A stretch of 64,000 nucleotides of DNA from Candidatus Poribacteria bacterium (GCA_965197475.1 CBDANF010000003.1:2496001-2560000); one strand, 5' to 3'. Positions 31,825 to 43,205 are shown, counted from the first letter of the stretch. Translations and numbers: made by a program. Notes: generated from the sequence alone by a model not told the origin.

Positions 31825-32811
31825 TTAAAATGGAGGTGCGGTCAAACGCACAAACGAGCGCGACACCTCATCCAACTCATCCCGAACAGTCGTATCCAAT
31901 TCCCAACCAACACCACCAAGGGTATCATCCAGTTGTTCAATCGTATCACTTCCACTGATAGCGACGGTGACTTCGGGATGTGATACCACCCAAGCCACTG
32001 CAAGTTGCGCAGGCGTTTTTCCTAACTCACCTGCAAGCCGTTTGAGCGTTGTAATTACTTTTCCAGTTGCCCCGCGCATCCGACGATCATATTCATCTCG
32101 GTAACGCCTTGCCCAGAGAGTTCCAGCAGGCGGCGGTCCATCAGGCGAATAGACACCGCTCAATAAGCCAACCGATAACGGACTATAACACATTACCCCA
32201 AGTCCTTCCTCACGCACTAATCCAAACATCTCGGTTTCCAAATCTCGATTTAGCAGGTTATACATATTTTGAACGCACATATAGGACGTCGCGTTGATGC
32301 TATCGGCAATCCAGAGTGCTTTGCAAACCTCCCATGCCTGATGATTACAACAGCCAAGGTAGCGCACCTTACCGGAACGCACCAGATCGTCAAGGGCACG
32401 AATTGTCTCCTCTTGCGGTGTAGTATCGTCCGCCATGTGAATCAGGTAGACATCAATGTGGTCAGTGCCTAACCTTGTCAGTGAACGGTCTATCTCACGT
32501 ATGATATGGTAGCGTGATAATCCGTAGTCGTTTGGTCCCTGCCCGATGTGGCTGCAGACCTTGGAAGTAATCACCACATCATCCCGTTTCCCTTTTATTG
32601 CTTTACCGAGAATAGCCTCAGAACGACCAATATTGGCGCGATCATCCATCGGACCATATACGTTAGCACAATCAATAAGGTTGATACCCCTATCAATCGC
32701 CTGCTCAATCAAACGTTGGGCAGCACTTTCATCGTTTTGTCCTCTAAATCCCAATCCCAACGCAAGCGGACTTACCTTAACACCTGCTTTACCAAAATTG
32801 ACATATTCCAT
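31825..32811 (-). CDS. Aldo/keto reductase
   Basis: IDCANVYG, SLTRLGTDHIDVYLIH, SGKVRYLG and YSPL motifs. Confidence 0.93.
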   Translation of the reverse strand: MEYVNFGKAGVKVSPLALGLGFRGQNDESAAQRLIEQAIDRGINLIDCANVYGPMDDRANIGRSEAILGKAIKGKRDDVVITSKVCSHIGQGPNDYGLSRYHIIREIDRSLTRLGTDHIDVYLIHMADDTTPQEETIRALDDLVRSGKVRYLGCCNHQAWEVCKALWIADSINATSYMCVQNMYNLLNRDLETEMFGLVREEGLGVMCYSPLSVGLLSGVYSPDGPPPAGTLWARRYRDEYDRRMRGATGKVITTLKRLAGELGKTPAQLAVAWVVSHPEVTVAISGSDTIEQLDDTLGGVGWELDTTVRDELDEVSRSFVRLTAPPF

Positions 32812-32863
32812 AATCTATCTCCTAAATAGAAATTACCTTTGACGAGACGAATACCAAAACAAA

Positions 32864-33844
32864 TTATAAATGTGCGCGGACAGACATCCGCAATGCGTCA
32901 ACAAGCCGCTGCATATCTGCTGGCTTTGGTGCTGAAAAAATCATACGTTCATGTGTAACAGGGTGCTCAAATTGAAGGGTACGCGCATGCAATGCCTGCC
33001 GTTTGAGTTGTATAAACGCATGTTTCACGGGAAGCGAGTCCGCATCGTTCAAAGCGCGTTGCTCACCTCCATAAATAGTATCACCGGCAACTGGATGCCC
33101 AATGTGTTGCAGATGCACACGAATTTGATGGAGCCGTCCTGTTTCCAATGTGAGCTGAACGAGTGAGAATTTGTGGTAACTCTCTAATACCTGATAATGC
33201 GTGACAGCCCATCTACCGTTGTTTTTGACTGTGGTCATTCGACGTCTGTCACGGCGGCTCCGTGCTATTTGAGCGTCAATCGTACCCGTAACTTCAGTAG
33301 GGATACCGCAGACAACAGCGACGTACTGACGCGTAATAGTATGTTTTTCGAATTGCACAGACAATTCACGATGCACAACATCTGTTTTTGCAACAATGAG
33401 AACCCCTGATGTATCTTTGTCCAATCTGTGAGCGATCCCAGGCCTCTCTACCCCACCGATACCTGAAAGGTCAGTGCAGTGTGCAAGCAATGCATTGACG
33501 AGTGTGCCAACGTTCACACCGCTTGCGGGATGAACAAGCATTCCTGCAGGTTTGTTCAACACAATTAAGTGGCTATCTTCGTAAAGAATGTCAAGCGGGA
33601 TATTCTCAGGCTGTCCGGTTTCCAAAGGACGGGAATCAGGTAGCAAAAGGCAAACTTGGTCACCAGAACGGAGCTTATAACTGGGGTGTTTGGAAACCGT
33701 ATCATTAACAGTAACCGCACCGTCACGAATCAGTTTTTGAAGATAGGTGCGCGATACATCTTCAGTCACACTCATCAGAAACTGATCTAACCGTTTTCCA
33801 TTGTGCTCTGTCTGAATATGATAGACTTGTCCTGTGGTTTCCAT
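32864..33844 (-). CDS. RluA/RluD-family pseudouridine synthase
   Basis: S4 domain, NKPAGMLVHP, HRLDKDTSG, GRLHQIRVH; likely start ATG 33844. Confidence 0.95.
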   Translation of the reverse strand: METTGQVYHIQTEHNGKRLDQFLMSVTEDVSRTYLQKLIRDGAVTVNDTVSKHPSYKLRSGDQVCLLLPDSRPLETGQPENIPLDILYEDSHLIVLNKPAGMLVHPASGVNVGTLVNALLAHCTDLSGIGGVERPGIAHRLDKDTSGVLIVAKTDVVHRELSVQFEKHTITRQYVAVVCGIPTEVTGTIDAQIARSRRDRRRMTTVKNNGRWAVTHYQVLESYHKFSLVQLTLETGRLHQIRVHLQHIGHPVAGDTIYGGEQRALNDADSLPVKHAFIQLKRQALHARTLQFEHPVTHERMIFSAPKPADMQRLVDALRMSVRAHL

Positions 33845-33863
33845 AACTGTGCATAGATTGGAA

Positions 33864-34202
33864 TTAATCAGCGGAAGTTGAGATGCGGAGGGCTGCGGGA
33901 GGTGTGTTGGCAGGTCTTTTGTGGAGAACAATCTCAATGTCATGGTCCAACTTTCTAAGTAAAGAGAATATCCGTTCAATTGTAAAATGGCGAAAACGCC
34001 CATCTAAAAGGTCTGAAAGTTCAGACTTATCAATACAGAGGATTATAGCTGCTTCGTCTAACTTGAGTCCACGTTCAGTTATTATATCTTCAATCTTGAA
34101 CACAAGATGTGCTTTTGCTTGCATTTCCTCTGGATTAGGAAATCCCAAATCCTTGTAAACATTGCCGCTGCCTATTTCGTATTCTATTTTTTCTTTACTC
34201 AT
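33864..34202 (-). CDS. XRE-type HTH protein (HigA2-like antitoxin) with no adjacent toxin
   Basis: GSGNVYKDLGF N-terminus followed by an HTH, typical of this family. Confidence 0.8.
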   Translation of the reverse strand: MSKEKIEYEIGSGNVYKDLGFPNPEEMQAKAHLVFKIEDIITERGLKLDEAAIILCIDKSELSDLLDGRFRHFTIERIFSLLRKLDHDIEIVLHKRPANTPPAALRISTSAD

Positions 34203-34285
34203 TTTCGTTTTCCTTTGCGTAAATATATTCCATTAAATAATGTCTTGATAAATTGCTCCTGCAACCGCATTTAACGCTTCTTCAG

Positions 34286-34762
34286 TTAGTTCCTCTCGGG
34301 CGACTCCCACGGATTACCGTTCAGGAATATCAGGTGATCCACCAGGTTCTGTATCATCAGCCTCGCGCCATTGAGTGGGGTCGTCACGCTGTTCATCTCC
34401 TCTACCGTCGGTTGAACGTGTACTTCTGGATCGTCGTCCCACGGAACCGACAGCAGGTATTTCATCGCGGCTTTCGGCCGCATCCTTTTGAGTTCCTGTA
34501 TCGCTTGGGCTGTCATCCATGTCGGATACGTCCTGTTCAGACTGGTTAGCCATTGGGGTTCGGGAGTCTGGCTCATCGCCCACTCCATCAGATTCAGCAC
34601 GTGCAGGTGTTCTCCCTGTTCCACCAGTTCCTGATACGTTTGCCCTCCCTCGTCCAGTTCCGTTTCTGTTTGTAGGAGCAACTCCTTCGCCTTCTGGTTC
34701 CACGGGTGGTTGTTCTTCGGAAGTTTCTCTTGTTTCGGTTTACCTATGTTCTGCTCTTGCAT
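34286..34762 (-). CDS. Hypothetical protein
   Basis: 158-aa ORF, GGAG upstream, higher GC than its neighbours; no recognised motif. Confidence 0.45.
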   Translation of the reverse strand: MQEQNIGKPKQEKLPKNNHPWNQKAKELLLQTETELDEGGQTYQELVEQGEHLHVLNLMEWAMSQTPEPQWLTSLNRTYPTWMTAQAIQELKRMRPKAAMKYLLSVPWDDDPEVHVQPTVEEMNSVTTPLNGARLMIQNLVDHLIFLNGNPWESPERN

Positions 34763-34928
34763 TTCTTACTTTCTCCAGTTTTTTGGTAATCAGAAATACT
34801 ATCAACACAGCCATCCACAGCACGGACAGTCGGTTTCTCTTGCCCTGGTTAGGTTTGTGATAAGTATACACTTGATTAAACGAATCTGGATTTGCTTAAA
34901 GTAATGTACTACAAAATTAAATGAAAAA

Positions 34929-35492
34929 TTACTGAGGTGAAGAATTTTCATGGATAAATTTTCTACCGAGTTCTCTACCAACTTGAACTGCTATTCTAAC
35001 AGGTTCAAGAACATTCGTATCAAAATTTACGATGAGTTGTTTACATATATCAGGCAAATCTTCTGTGTCATCGGTAACAACCCCCGATGTATGATAAAGG
35101 TGAATAAGGTTTCTAATACCTTCAAGAGATTTCCAAATTTCTTTGGATATGTAATTGTTTTTGATGCGATTGCTGCTAATTTTCTCAAGAAATTGATACG
35201 CTACAGCGATATTTCCAGTTTTTTGTCCTGTTGCTTTATATGTGCCTGTAACAGCAATAAAGTTCAGTTGAAAAAGATGTGGATAGTTTTCTGCATCAAC
35301 TGATACAAACGCAACATCTTGTAGACTGCGAAGTTCACGTTTAATGTAGCTCTCAATAGACGCTTTCACATCTTTTTCTTCGCAAGACACATTGACATGA
35401 ACCATAAATCTCAAGGATTCGGGAGCGTAAGATATGTTTACATAACTAGCAATTAGCATTACCATAATGATTGAGATAACTCCAATCTTCAT
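34929..35492 (-). CDS. Hypothetical exported protein
   Basis: Signal peptide, AGGAG RBS, AT-rich. Confidence 0.6.
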   Translation of the reverse strand: MKIGVISIIMVMLIASYVNISYAPESLRFMVHVNVSCEEKDVKASIESYIKRELRSLQDVAFVSVDAENYPHLFQLNFIAVTGTYKATGQKTGNIAVAYQFLEKISSNRIKNNYISKEIWKSLEGIRNLIHLYHTSGVVTDDTEDLPDICKQLIVNFDTNVLEPVRIAVQVGRELGRKFIHENSSPQ

Positions 35493-35674
35493 GTATACTC
35501 CTATTTTGAAGTCTTGGTGTGCTATTAGGTTAAGAGGATTGCTGAAACTCTCTATCCAATTCGTGGTTTAATCATGCTACGTATTTTGAAATTAGTCAAG
35601 TTAAATCGAAAATGGAAGGATAATTCAAACCTAAACTACTAATTGCAAATACTATAAGTTGGAAAAAGCAGATT

Positions 35675-37354
35675 TTACCCCGTCACAGCACCTTCAGACG
35701 CAGACGAAACAGAATTTGCATATTTCGCCATAACACCGCGTGTATAGGGAGGTTCGGGAGGAGTCCACTTTTCAAAACGTGCTTGAATTTCAGCATCGGA
35801 GAGGGTAACGTCGAGCCTGCGTGCCTCAGCGTCAATCACGATTTCGTCACCCTCTTGAAGGATAGCGATGGGTCCACCTTTTGCTGCCTCAGGAGCCACA
35901 TGACAAATCATAAAGCCGTGCGTAGCACCAGAGAATCTGCCATCGGTCAGTAGTGCTACATCTTCACTTAAACCTGCACCGACGAGTGCTGCAGTAACGC
36001 CTAACATCTCACGCATACCAGGACCTCCGGTAGGACCCTCATAGCGGATAACAATCACATCACCGGGTTTAATCTGCCCACCTTTGATAGCGGCAAAAGT
36101 ATCCTCTTCGCGTTCAAAAATACGCGCAGGACCACGATGGAGCGTTTTTTTCTGACCTGCTAACTTGATGACGCATCCGTCCGGTGCAAGATTACCTCTC
36201 AAGATAGCAAAACCGCCCGTCGGTTTCAGAGGGGTATCCACCTCTCTAACAACCAGTTGTCCTGCAGTTTCAGTGGCAGCGTTTGCTTCTTCACCGATAG
36301 TTTTTCCAGTAACGGTGAGTTCATCGGGGTGCAGCAAGTTAGCTTCTGTGAGACGTTTCGCTAAGAACTGAATACCGCCCGCCTCGTAAAGGTCGGTAGC
36401 AACAAACTGGCCGCCGGGCTTCAGGTCTGCCAATACCGGTGTTCTCTGGCTAATGACGTGGAAATCCTCAAGCGTCAACGGGATTTGTGCTTCATGTGCA
36501 ATAGCGAGAAGGTGCAAAACACCATTAGTAGATCCGCCAGTAGCTGCAACAGAGGTAATAGCATTTTCAAGAGACTTGCGTGTGATAATTTGACTGGGTC
36601 GGCGATCAGCAGCGAGCATGTCCATTACAAGTTGTCCTGCTTTATATGCTTCCTGATCCTTCTCTTCTGCCACAGCAGGCACACTCCCACTTCCCATTGG
36701 TGCGATCCCCAACATTTCAACAGCAGTTGCCATTGTATTAGCAGTGAACTGTCCACCGCATGCGCCAGGACCGGGACATCCTTTGCTAATCAGATCGTCC
36801 AATTCTTCTACTGTGATTGTGCCTTCAGCATGCTGACCAACCGCTTCGAACACGTCTTGGATAGTTACATCACGTCCTTGAAAACTGCCCGGCATAATAG
36901 AACCACCGTAGAGCGTAAGCGAAGGAATATCTAAACGTGCTAACGCCATCACAGTGCCGGGAACAGTTTTGTCGCATCCGCACAGCGCGACAACGGCATC
37001 AAACATGTTACCAATGGAGACTAATTCAATTGAATCGGCAACAATCTCTCGACTGATAAGCGAGGTTTTCATCCCTTCAGTCCCCATTGTAATGCCATCA
37101 GAAATGCTAACGGTATTGAATTCAAGAGGTGTTCCGCCCGCATCTCGAATTCCCTGTTTGACCTTAGCAGCGAGACGTCTTAAATGGAAGTTACAAGGTC
37201 CGATCTCAATCCATGTATTAGCAACTCCGATAATCGGTTTGTCAAGGTCTTCCGGTGATAGTCCTGCATCGCCGAACATGAGCATAGTACGTGCGGCGGC
37301 GCGATCGGGTCCATCGGTAATCGCATAACTTCGGGGTTTTAGCTTATTGGACAT
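35675..37354 (-). CDS. ilvD: Dihydroxy-acid dehydratase
   Basis: PCNFHL, CDKT, CGGQFTANTM, GGPGMREM and TDGRFSG motifs; likely start ATG 37354. Confidence 0.97.
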   Translation of the reverse strand: MSNKLKPRSYAITDGPDRAAARTMLMFGDAGLSPEDLDKPIIGVANTWIEIGPCNFHLRRLAAKVKQGIRDAGGTPLEFNTVSISDGITMGTEGMKTSLISREIVADSIELVSIGNMFDAVVALCGCDKTVPGTVMALARLDIPSLTLYGGSIMPGSFQGRDVTIQDVFEAVGQHAEGTITVEELDDLISKGCPGPGACGGQFTANTMATAVEMLGIAPMGSGSVPAVAEEKDQEAYKAGQLVMDMLAADRRPSQIITRKSLENAITSVAATGGSTNGVLHLLAIAHEAQIPLTLEDFHVISQRTPVLADLKPGGQFVATDLYEAGGIQFLAKRLTEANLLHPDELTVTGKTIGEEANAATETAGQLVVREVDTPLKPTGGFAILRGNLAPDGCVIKLAGQKKTLHRGPARIFEREEDTFAAIKGGQIKPGDVIVIRYEGPTGGPGMREMLGVTAALVGAGLSEDVALLTDGRFSGATHGFMICHVAPEAAKGGPIAILQEGDEIVIDAEARRLDVTLSDAEIQARFEKWTPPEPPYTRGVMAKYANSVSSASEGAVTG

Positions 37355-37441
37355 TTGTTCGTATTCTCCTACAAATGCTAAAGAAGCGACAGGCAGAAAC
37401 AAGGAATAGTTCCCTATCATGCCGAGATTTGACAATTATGA

Positions 37442-37969
37442 CTACATTGTGAATTCATAAACAAGTTCTAGGTCTTCCATCGGAGGCTGAAAAACGGTAT
37501 ATTTGTTCAAACGTAAAATAATCGTGCCTGCTTGCTGTTGATAAGCCTTCTGATACATAGTTTTGATTGGTGTAAGATCAAAGTGGAAGTCTTCAGTAAG
37601 CAGCACATCACAAGGGCCTATTCTTGAATGTCTGAGTAAAACTTTGAGCTGAACGGGAAATGATTCGATAAACGATTCTGAAACTTCTAAAGTGAAATTT
37701 TCATTTTGGGGACCGCAGTTGCTGAATCTTAAGTTAAGCGTCAACGTATCACCTGTTATCGTAGCGGCGTTGATCCAAAAACCAATGTCTGTTCCAAACT
37801 TGTCGTCCACATCTCCAATGATAACATCGCCCCAATATTGCTTCTCGTTTTGTTCACCGTTATTAGGTTCCACCCTCATCTGATTCTGTATCTGCTGACA
37901 CCCTATTGTAAATAGAATAAACACGCCAACTATAAATCCAATAACATTGTAATACTTCATAATAACCAT
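37442..37969 (-). CDS. Hypothetical lipoprotein
   Basis: Lipobox TIGC; ESFPVQ and FDLTP motifs. Confidence 0.6.
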   Translation of the reverse strand: MVIMKYYNVIGFIVGVFILFTIGCQQIQNQMRVEPNNGEQNEKQYWGDVIIGDVDDKFGTDIGFWINAATITGDTLTLNLRFSNCGPQNENFTLEVSESFIESFPVQLKVLLRHSRIGPCDVLLTEDFHFDLTPIKTMYQKAYQQQAGTIILRLNKYTVFQPPMEDLELVYEFTM

Positions 37970-37987
37970 CCTTTTTTGGGAAATGAA

Positions 37988-40354
37988 CTATTGCATACCT
38001 AACCAACTGCTAAGCACACCACCATATTTTGCGATGAGACCGGCAAAAACAACAGAAACCATTGACATCAACTTAATCAAGATGTTGAGAGAAGGACCAG
38101 ATGTATCTTTAAACGGATCACCAACGGTATCACCGACAATAGTGGCTTTGTGTTGTTCTGAACCTTTTTCACCGTATTCTTCCTTGTGTTTACCTTCTTC
38201 AATAAACTTTTTAGCGTTATCCCATGCGCCACCAGCGTTTGCCATCATGATTGCAAGAACGAATCCTGTTGCCAAACTGCCTGCAAGTAAGCCAAGCACA
38301 CCAGCGACATTAAAAATCAATCCTACTGCGACAGGTATGACGATAGCAATGAGAGACGGGAAAATCATCTCGCGTTGTGCACCAACAGTTGAGATACTGA
38401 CACATTGAGCGTAATCCGGTTTCACCTCACCTTTCATAATACCGGGTTCCTCGCGAAATTGCCGTCGAACCTCTTCTACCATAGCACCAGCGGCACGTCC
38501 GACTGCTTTCATCGTCAACGCGCAGAAATAGAATGCCATTACTGCACCGATAAATAGACCTATCAGGACTTGCGGGTTCATCAAGGTGACGTTGTAGTAA
38601 TCCATAAATTGATCTACCGTAACCTTCAGTGTCTCTACCGTTTCATCGCCGATCTCTATTGTCTTTTTCTCAGCCAGGTGGATGAGTCCGTAGCGAATTT
38701 CTTCAAGATAGGCTGCCAAGAGCGCGAGCGCGGTTAAAGCAGCTGAACCGATAGCAAAACCTTTACCGGTTGCTGCAGTTGTATTGCCGAGGGCATCTAA
38801 CTGATCTGTCCGTTCTCGGACGCTTTCATCCAGCTTCGCCATTTCAGCATTCCCACCCGCGTTATCTGCGATCGGTCCATAAGCATCTGTAGCAAGCGTA
38901 ATACCGAGCGTTGCCAGCATCCCGACAGCGGCTATACCAACGCCGTAAAGTCCCATCAGCGGTTCGCTTTTCCCTCCAGGAAGGTAGTAACTAATGGCAA
39001 CTGCAGCAATAATCGTTATAACAGGGATCGCAGTGGATTCCATGCCGACAGCAATGCCTTCAATAATGACTGTTGCCGGTCCCGTTTGTGCCTGCTTCGC
39101 TATGGCACGGGTTGGCTTATACTCGTGAGAGGTGAAAATTTCGGTAACTTTGCCGATAATCAATCCTGCGGCAAGTCCAGTGACAATTGCGCCCCAAATC
39201 TGCCATTCGTTATCAAAGCCTTTCTCCTTGCCAAGATAGAGCAATACGGGAAGAGAGAGAATTGCGATGCCTATTGCACTGCCGTTGATGCCGAGGTTAA
39301 GTGAACCCATCAACTGCCGCATCGTAGCCCCTTCTTTAGTCCGCACCATATAAATACCGACAATAGAGAGAAGCACGCCGATACCTGCGATAATCATGGG
39401 TGCTGAAAGATACTTAAGCTGAAGCGCGAGGTTATCATGCTCTTTGGCAGCAACAGCAGCAACACCGAGGGCTGCAGTGGCAAGGATAGAACCTGCATAA
39501 GATTCATAGAGGTCTGCCCCCATACCTGCAACATCGCCAACATTATCACCAACGTTATCTGCAATAACAGCGGGGTTGCGCGGATCGTCCTCCGGAATTC
39601 CTGCTTCGACTTTTCCAACAAGATCGGCACCGACATCGGCTGCTTTGGTATATATTCCACCACCGACGCGAGCGAATAGTGCTTGTGTTGAAGCTCCCAT
39701 CCCGAAACTGAGCATGATGACTGTTATCTGAGGTAGAGGGTTCACCTCTAAAAATCCAGGCAATACCTTTGGAAAGATGTAATAGAGAATGAGAAACCAC
39801 CCGGTGATGTCAAGTAGCGCGAACCCGACAACTATCAACCCCATAACTGCGCCAGCGCGGAACGACACCTTTAAGCCAGCGTTGAGACCTTTCATCGCAG
39901 CACTTGTTGTCCGTGCGGATGCGTTGGTCGCGGTTTTCATACCTAAGAAACCACAGAGTCCTGAGAAAAATCCTCCTGTCAGAAAAGCAAACGGGACGAC
40001 CTTATTTTGAGCCTTGAGGACAAAAGCCATGAAGATAAAGATGAGGCAGAGGACAGCAAAAACGATGCCCACCACTTTGTATTGTTGCCTAAGATACGCC
40101 ATCGCACCTTCGCGGACAGACTGTGCAATGTCACGCATTGTTTCATTCCCTTCGTCCTGTTTCATCAATGAGCGATAGAAGTGGAATGCAAAGACTAAAG
40201 CAATAAGCGCACCGACAGGGGCAATCCACCATATTGTCGGCACAGGTGGAGGGTCTGATTGGGCAAAAGCTACGGTGGCTAAATTCAAAACAGGTAGGGA
40301 AATTAGAAATAACTTCCAATTTAGCCACCGTCTTTTGCAAGTGATTTCACGCAT
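37988..40354 (-). CDS. hppA: Membrane-integral K+-dependent (probably Na+-translocating) pyrophosphatase
   Basis: DVGADLVGKVE, DNVGDNVGD, GNTTAA (Ala at the K+-dependence position), GDTVGDPFKD. Confidence 0.95.
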   Translation of the reverse strand: MREITCKRRWLNWKLFLISLPVLNLATVAFAQSDPPPVPTIWWIAPVGALIALVFAFHFYRSLMKQDEGNETMRDIAQSVREGAMAYLRQQYKVVGIVFAVLCLIFIFMAFVLKAQNKVVPFAFLTGGFFSGLCGFLGMKTATNASARTTSAAMKGLNAGLKVSFRAGAVMGLIVVGFALLDITGWFLILYYIFPKVLPGFLEVNPLPQITVIMLSFGMGASTQALFARVGGGIYTKAADVGADLVGKVEAGIPEDDPRNPAVIADNVGDNVGDVAGMGADLYESYAGSILATAALGVAAVAAKEHDNLALQLKYLSAPMIIAGIGVLLSIVGIYMVRTKEGATMRQLMGSLNLGINGSAIGIAILSLPVLLYLGKEKGFDNEWQIWGAIVTGLAAGLIIGKVTEIFTSHEYKPTRAIAKQAQTGPATVIIEGIAVGMESTAIPVITIIAAVAISYYLPGGKSEPLMGLYGVGIAAVGMLATLGITLATDAYGPIADNAGGNAEMAKLDESVRERTDQLDALGNTTAATGKGFAIGSAALTALALLAAYLEEIRYGLIHLAEKKTIEIGDETVETLKVTVDQFMDYYNVTLMNPQVLIGLFIGAVMAFYFCALTMKAVGRAAGAMVEEVRRQFREEPGIMKGEVKPDYAQCVSISTVGAQREMIFPSLIAIVIPVAVGLIFNVAGVLGLLAGSLATGFVLAIMMANAGGAWDNAKKFIEEGKHKEEYGEKGSEQHKATIVGDTVGDPFKDTSGPSLNILIKLMSMVSVVFAGLIAKYGGVLSSWLGMQ

Positions 40355-40384
40355 TAAAAACCTCTCTTTTATTTTTTGGTATTC

Positions 40385-41758
40385 CTAATTAAAAAATTTG
40401 AGTGCTTGCCCAATAAGATAGAGCGAACCAGTCACGCAGATCAAATCTGTCGGTGACGCGGACGATAATCCCTTCGCGAATGCCTTTTCTGGGGATGGAC
40501 AATTTGTTATCTTTTTGCATATACCCGACCACGCATCTTGTATCGTTTCTGCAGGCAGGACACGCGGGTTATCGGAAACTTGTGTAGCAATCACGAAATC
40601 CGCTGTTTTCGAGACAATTTCGCCAATTGTTGCTAAATCCTTATCTTTCATAATACTAACGATAAGAATTGCCTGAGTGTAACGAAAATTATCACGAATT
40701 GCACGGCATAACGCGTCCATTGAGACAGGTGAATGAGCACCATCAAGCACAACAAGCGGTGAGGACATAACTCGCTGAATCCGCCCGTGCCACTGCACGT
40801 TCTTGAAGCCAGCATAAACACTATCTTTGGAAATTACATATCCATTCTGTTTCAGACATTCAATCGCCGCAATGGCAGTCGTAGCATTTACATACTGGTG
40901 GTGTCCGAGTAGTGGTAGTGTAAGCTGCGAATAATGCTCTGAATCCGTTTCCACATCAAATTGCTGTGCTATAGGCACACCGTCTGAATTCAGAACAAGG
41001 TGTGAAACTGATACATCGGGGTCTTGTCGGACAAAATTCTTGACTTCAACAATTGGTGCGTTCCGTTCGCTTGCAACTTTTTCAAGAACAGTTCGCGCTT
41101 CAGAATGTTGCGGTGCAAGTGCAACTGGACATCCCTGTTTAATAATTTCCGCTTTTTCGCTCGCTATCTCGGTATATGTTTCTCCTAATATCGTTGTATG
41201 TTCTAACCCAATCGGTGTAATAACAGATGTTACTGGTGAGACGACGTTCGTTGCATCAAGCCGCCCTCCTAAGCCAACTTCAATAACTGCGAAATCGGTT
41301 GCTTTGTCGGCAAAATAAGTAAAAGCAAGCGCAGTGTATATTTCAAAAAACGAGACGCGTCCGAATTCTGAAGCGGAGACGGTTTCAATAGCAGGTCTGA
41401 GTTTATCAATGTAAATTGCGACTTCTGCTTCTGAGATGAGTTCATCACCAATACGACACCTTTCTCGTGGTGTTATGAGATGTGGGGACGTAAACAAACC
41501 GGTCTTATAGCCTGCATGTGTTAGCACCGATGCGATAAGTGCAGCAGTTGACCCCTTCCCCTTACTCCCTGCGACATGGATCACTTTCAGGCTGTCGTGC
41601 GGATTTCCGAGTAGGTCAAGCAATCGCGAAATACGATTCAGATTGTAGAACCGTGCCTGACGTGAAAAGTCCGGACTTCTTTCATAGTCAATGAACTGGT
41701 CAATGTAGGCAAGTGCCGCTTTGTAGTCCAAATTTTTGTTGCTTATGGTAAAATCCAT
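40385..41758 (-). CDS. folC: Folylpolyglutamate synthase / dihydrofolate synthase
   Basis: HVAGSKGKGS, FTSPHL, EVGLGGRLDATN and LDGAH motifs. Confidence 0.96.
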   Translation of the reverse strand: MDFTISNKNLDYKAALAYIDQFIDYERSPDFSRQARFYNLNRISRLLDLLGNPHDSLKVIHVAGSKGKGSTAALIASVLTHAGYKTGLFTSPHLITPRERCRIGDELISEAEVAIYIDKLRPAIETVSASEFGRVSFFEIYTALAFTYFADKATDFAVIEVGLGGRLDATNVVSPVTSVITPIGLEHTTILGETYTEIASEKAEIIKQGCPVALAPQHSEARTVLEKVASERNAPIVEVKNFVRQDPDVSVSHLVLNSDGVPIAQQFDVETDSEHYSQLTLPLLGHHQYVNATTAIAAIECLKQNGYVISKDSVYAGFKNVQWHGRIQRVMSSPLVVLDGAHSPVSMDALCRAIRDNFRYTQAILIVSIMKDKDLATIGEIVSKTADFVIATQVSDNPRVLPAETIQDAWSGICKKITNCPSPEKAFAKGLSSASPTDLICVTGSLYLIGQALKFFN

Positions 41759-41772
41759 AATTACTTATACGC

Positions 41773-41807
41773 TGTTGTAGCACAAACTATCAGTTTGTGC
41801 TACAACA
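41773..41807. repeat. Intergenic palindrome (REP-like)
   Basis: TGTTGTAGCACAAACT-ATC-AGTTTGTGCTACAACA. Confidence 0.6.
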
Positions 41808-41870
41808 TAGGGCAGTAGATGCGGTTTCAAACCGAACTTCCCAAAGGTGTTCACATATTTTCGGATTTTA

Positions 41871-43121
41871 CTATAAATATTCATAAATCGGAAATTGCAC
41901 GCAGAATTCTTTGACCTTTTCTCGGATTCGCTGTTTTACAGACTTTTTCTGTCTATTTTCAAGTGCCTCAGTAATAAAATCTGCGATGTGAACCATCTCA
42001 TCTTCTTTCATGCCGCGCGTTGTAACCATCGGGGTGCCGAGTCTTATGCCGCTTGTCGTCTTCGGTTTCCTTTTGTCAAACGGAATAGTGTTTTTATTGA
42101 CAATAATTCCTGCATTCTCAAGATGATCCGCCGCCTGTCTACCGCTTAATTTCTCATATTTAGAAGTCAGGTCTACCAACATCAGATGATTCTCAGTGCC
42201 ACCACTGACTAATCGGAAGCCGTTCTCAATTAGCCTTTCCGCAAGCACTTTGGCATTCTTAACGATCTGCGCTTGATACGTTTTGAACTCAGGTTCACTT
42301 GCTTCCTTGAAAGCAACAGCTCTCGCAGCAATCGTGTGTAGGAAAGGACCACCCTGTAAACCGGGAAACACTGCCCGATCAATCTTGGCTGCATGTTCAG
42401 ATTTACACATTATCATCGCACCACGAGGACCGCGCAAGGTTTTGTGTGTTGTTGTGGTAACAACATCGCTGTATGGGACCGGATCAGGATGAACACCGCC
42501 TGCGATAAGTCCAGCAATATGTGCTATATCCGCGAGTAGATACGCGCCAACAGAATCAGCAACATCCCGCCATTCGGAAAAGTCAAACTGCCGTGGATAT
42601 GCTGTCGCACCAACAACGATAAGTTTTGGACGATGCTCTGCTGCAAGACGCGCAACCGCCTCCATGTCAATTAGCTCAGTTTCAGCATCTACACCATAAG
42701 CGGCAACATTGTAATAACGACCAGAAAAGTTCACTTTATCGCCATGGCTCAGATGCCCGCCGTGACTGAGTGACATCGCTAAGATGGTGTCGCCAGGGTC
42801 AAGCAGTGCATGATATGCCGCCATATTCGCCTGTGTGCCAGCGTGCGGTTGGACGTTGACGTGTTCGGCACCAAAGAGTTCTTTGGCACGTTCAATTGCG
42901 AGCGATTCCACCCCATCCATAAACTCGCAACCGTTATAGTAACGTTCACCGGGATAACCCTCAGCGTATTTATTCGCTAAGATACTCCCCTGAATTTCCA
43001 TAACGGCTCGACTGGCGTAATTCTCCGATGGAATCAACATGAGAGAATTTTGCTGACGTGCTAAGTCTTTGGCGGTAATTTCAACAATTTGTGGGTCTAC
43101 CTCTGCCAATAATTTATTCAT
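41871..43121 (-). CDS. glyA: Serine hydroxymethyltransferase
   Basis: [20 protein letters not shown] and [12 protein letters not shown] motifs. Confidence 0.98.
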   Translation of the reverse strand: MNKLLAEVDPQIVEITAKDLARQQNSLMLIPSENYASRAVMEIQGSILANKYAEGYPGERYYNGCEFMDGVESLAIERAKELFGAEHVNVQPHAGTQANMAAYHALLDPGDTILAMSLSHGGHLSHGDKVNFSGRYYNVAAYGVDAETELIDMEAVARLAAEHRPKLIVVGATAYPRQFDFSEWRDVADSVGAYLLADIAHIAGLIAGGVHPDPVPYSDVVTTTTHKTLRGPRGAMIMCKSEHAAKIDRAVFPGLQGGPFLHTIAARAVAFKEASEPEFKTYQAQIVKNAKVLAERLIENGFRLVSGGTENHLMLVDLTSKYEKLSGRQAADHLENAGIIVNKNTIPFDKRKPKTTSGIRLGTPMVTTRGMKEDEMVHIADFITEALENRQKKSVKQRIREKVKEFCVQFPIYEYL

Positions 43122-43205
43122 TTCTTTTCACCGTTTGTGCTTGACATCGGGTTATGTTTGTAAAAAAGAAATTTTATCACAAAATTGACACAATTACAAG
43201 AAAAG

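Noticed and set aside
33845-34003. N-terminal extension of the pseudouridine synthase overlapping the HTH gene
   Set aside because: ORF-caller artefact; the S4 domain starts after ATG 33844.
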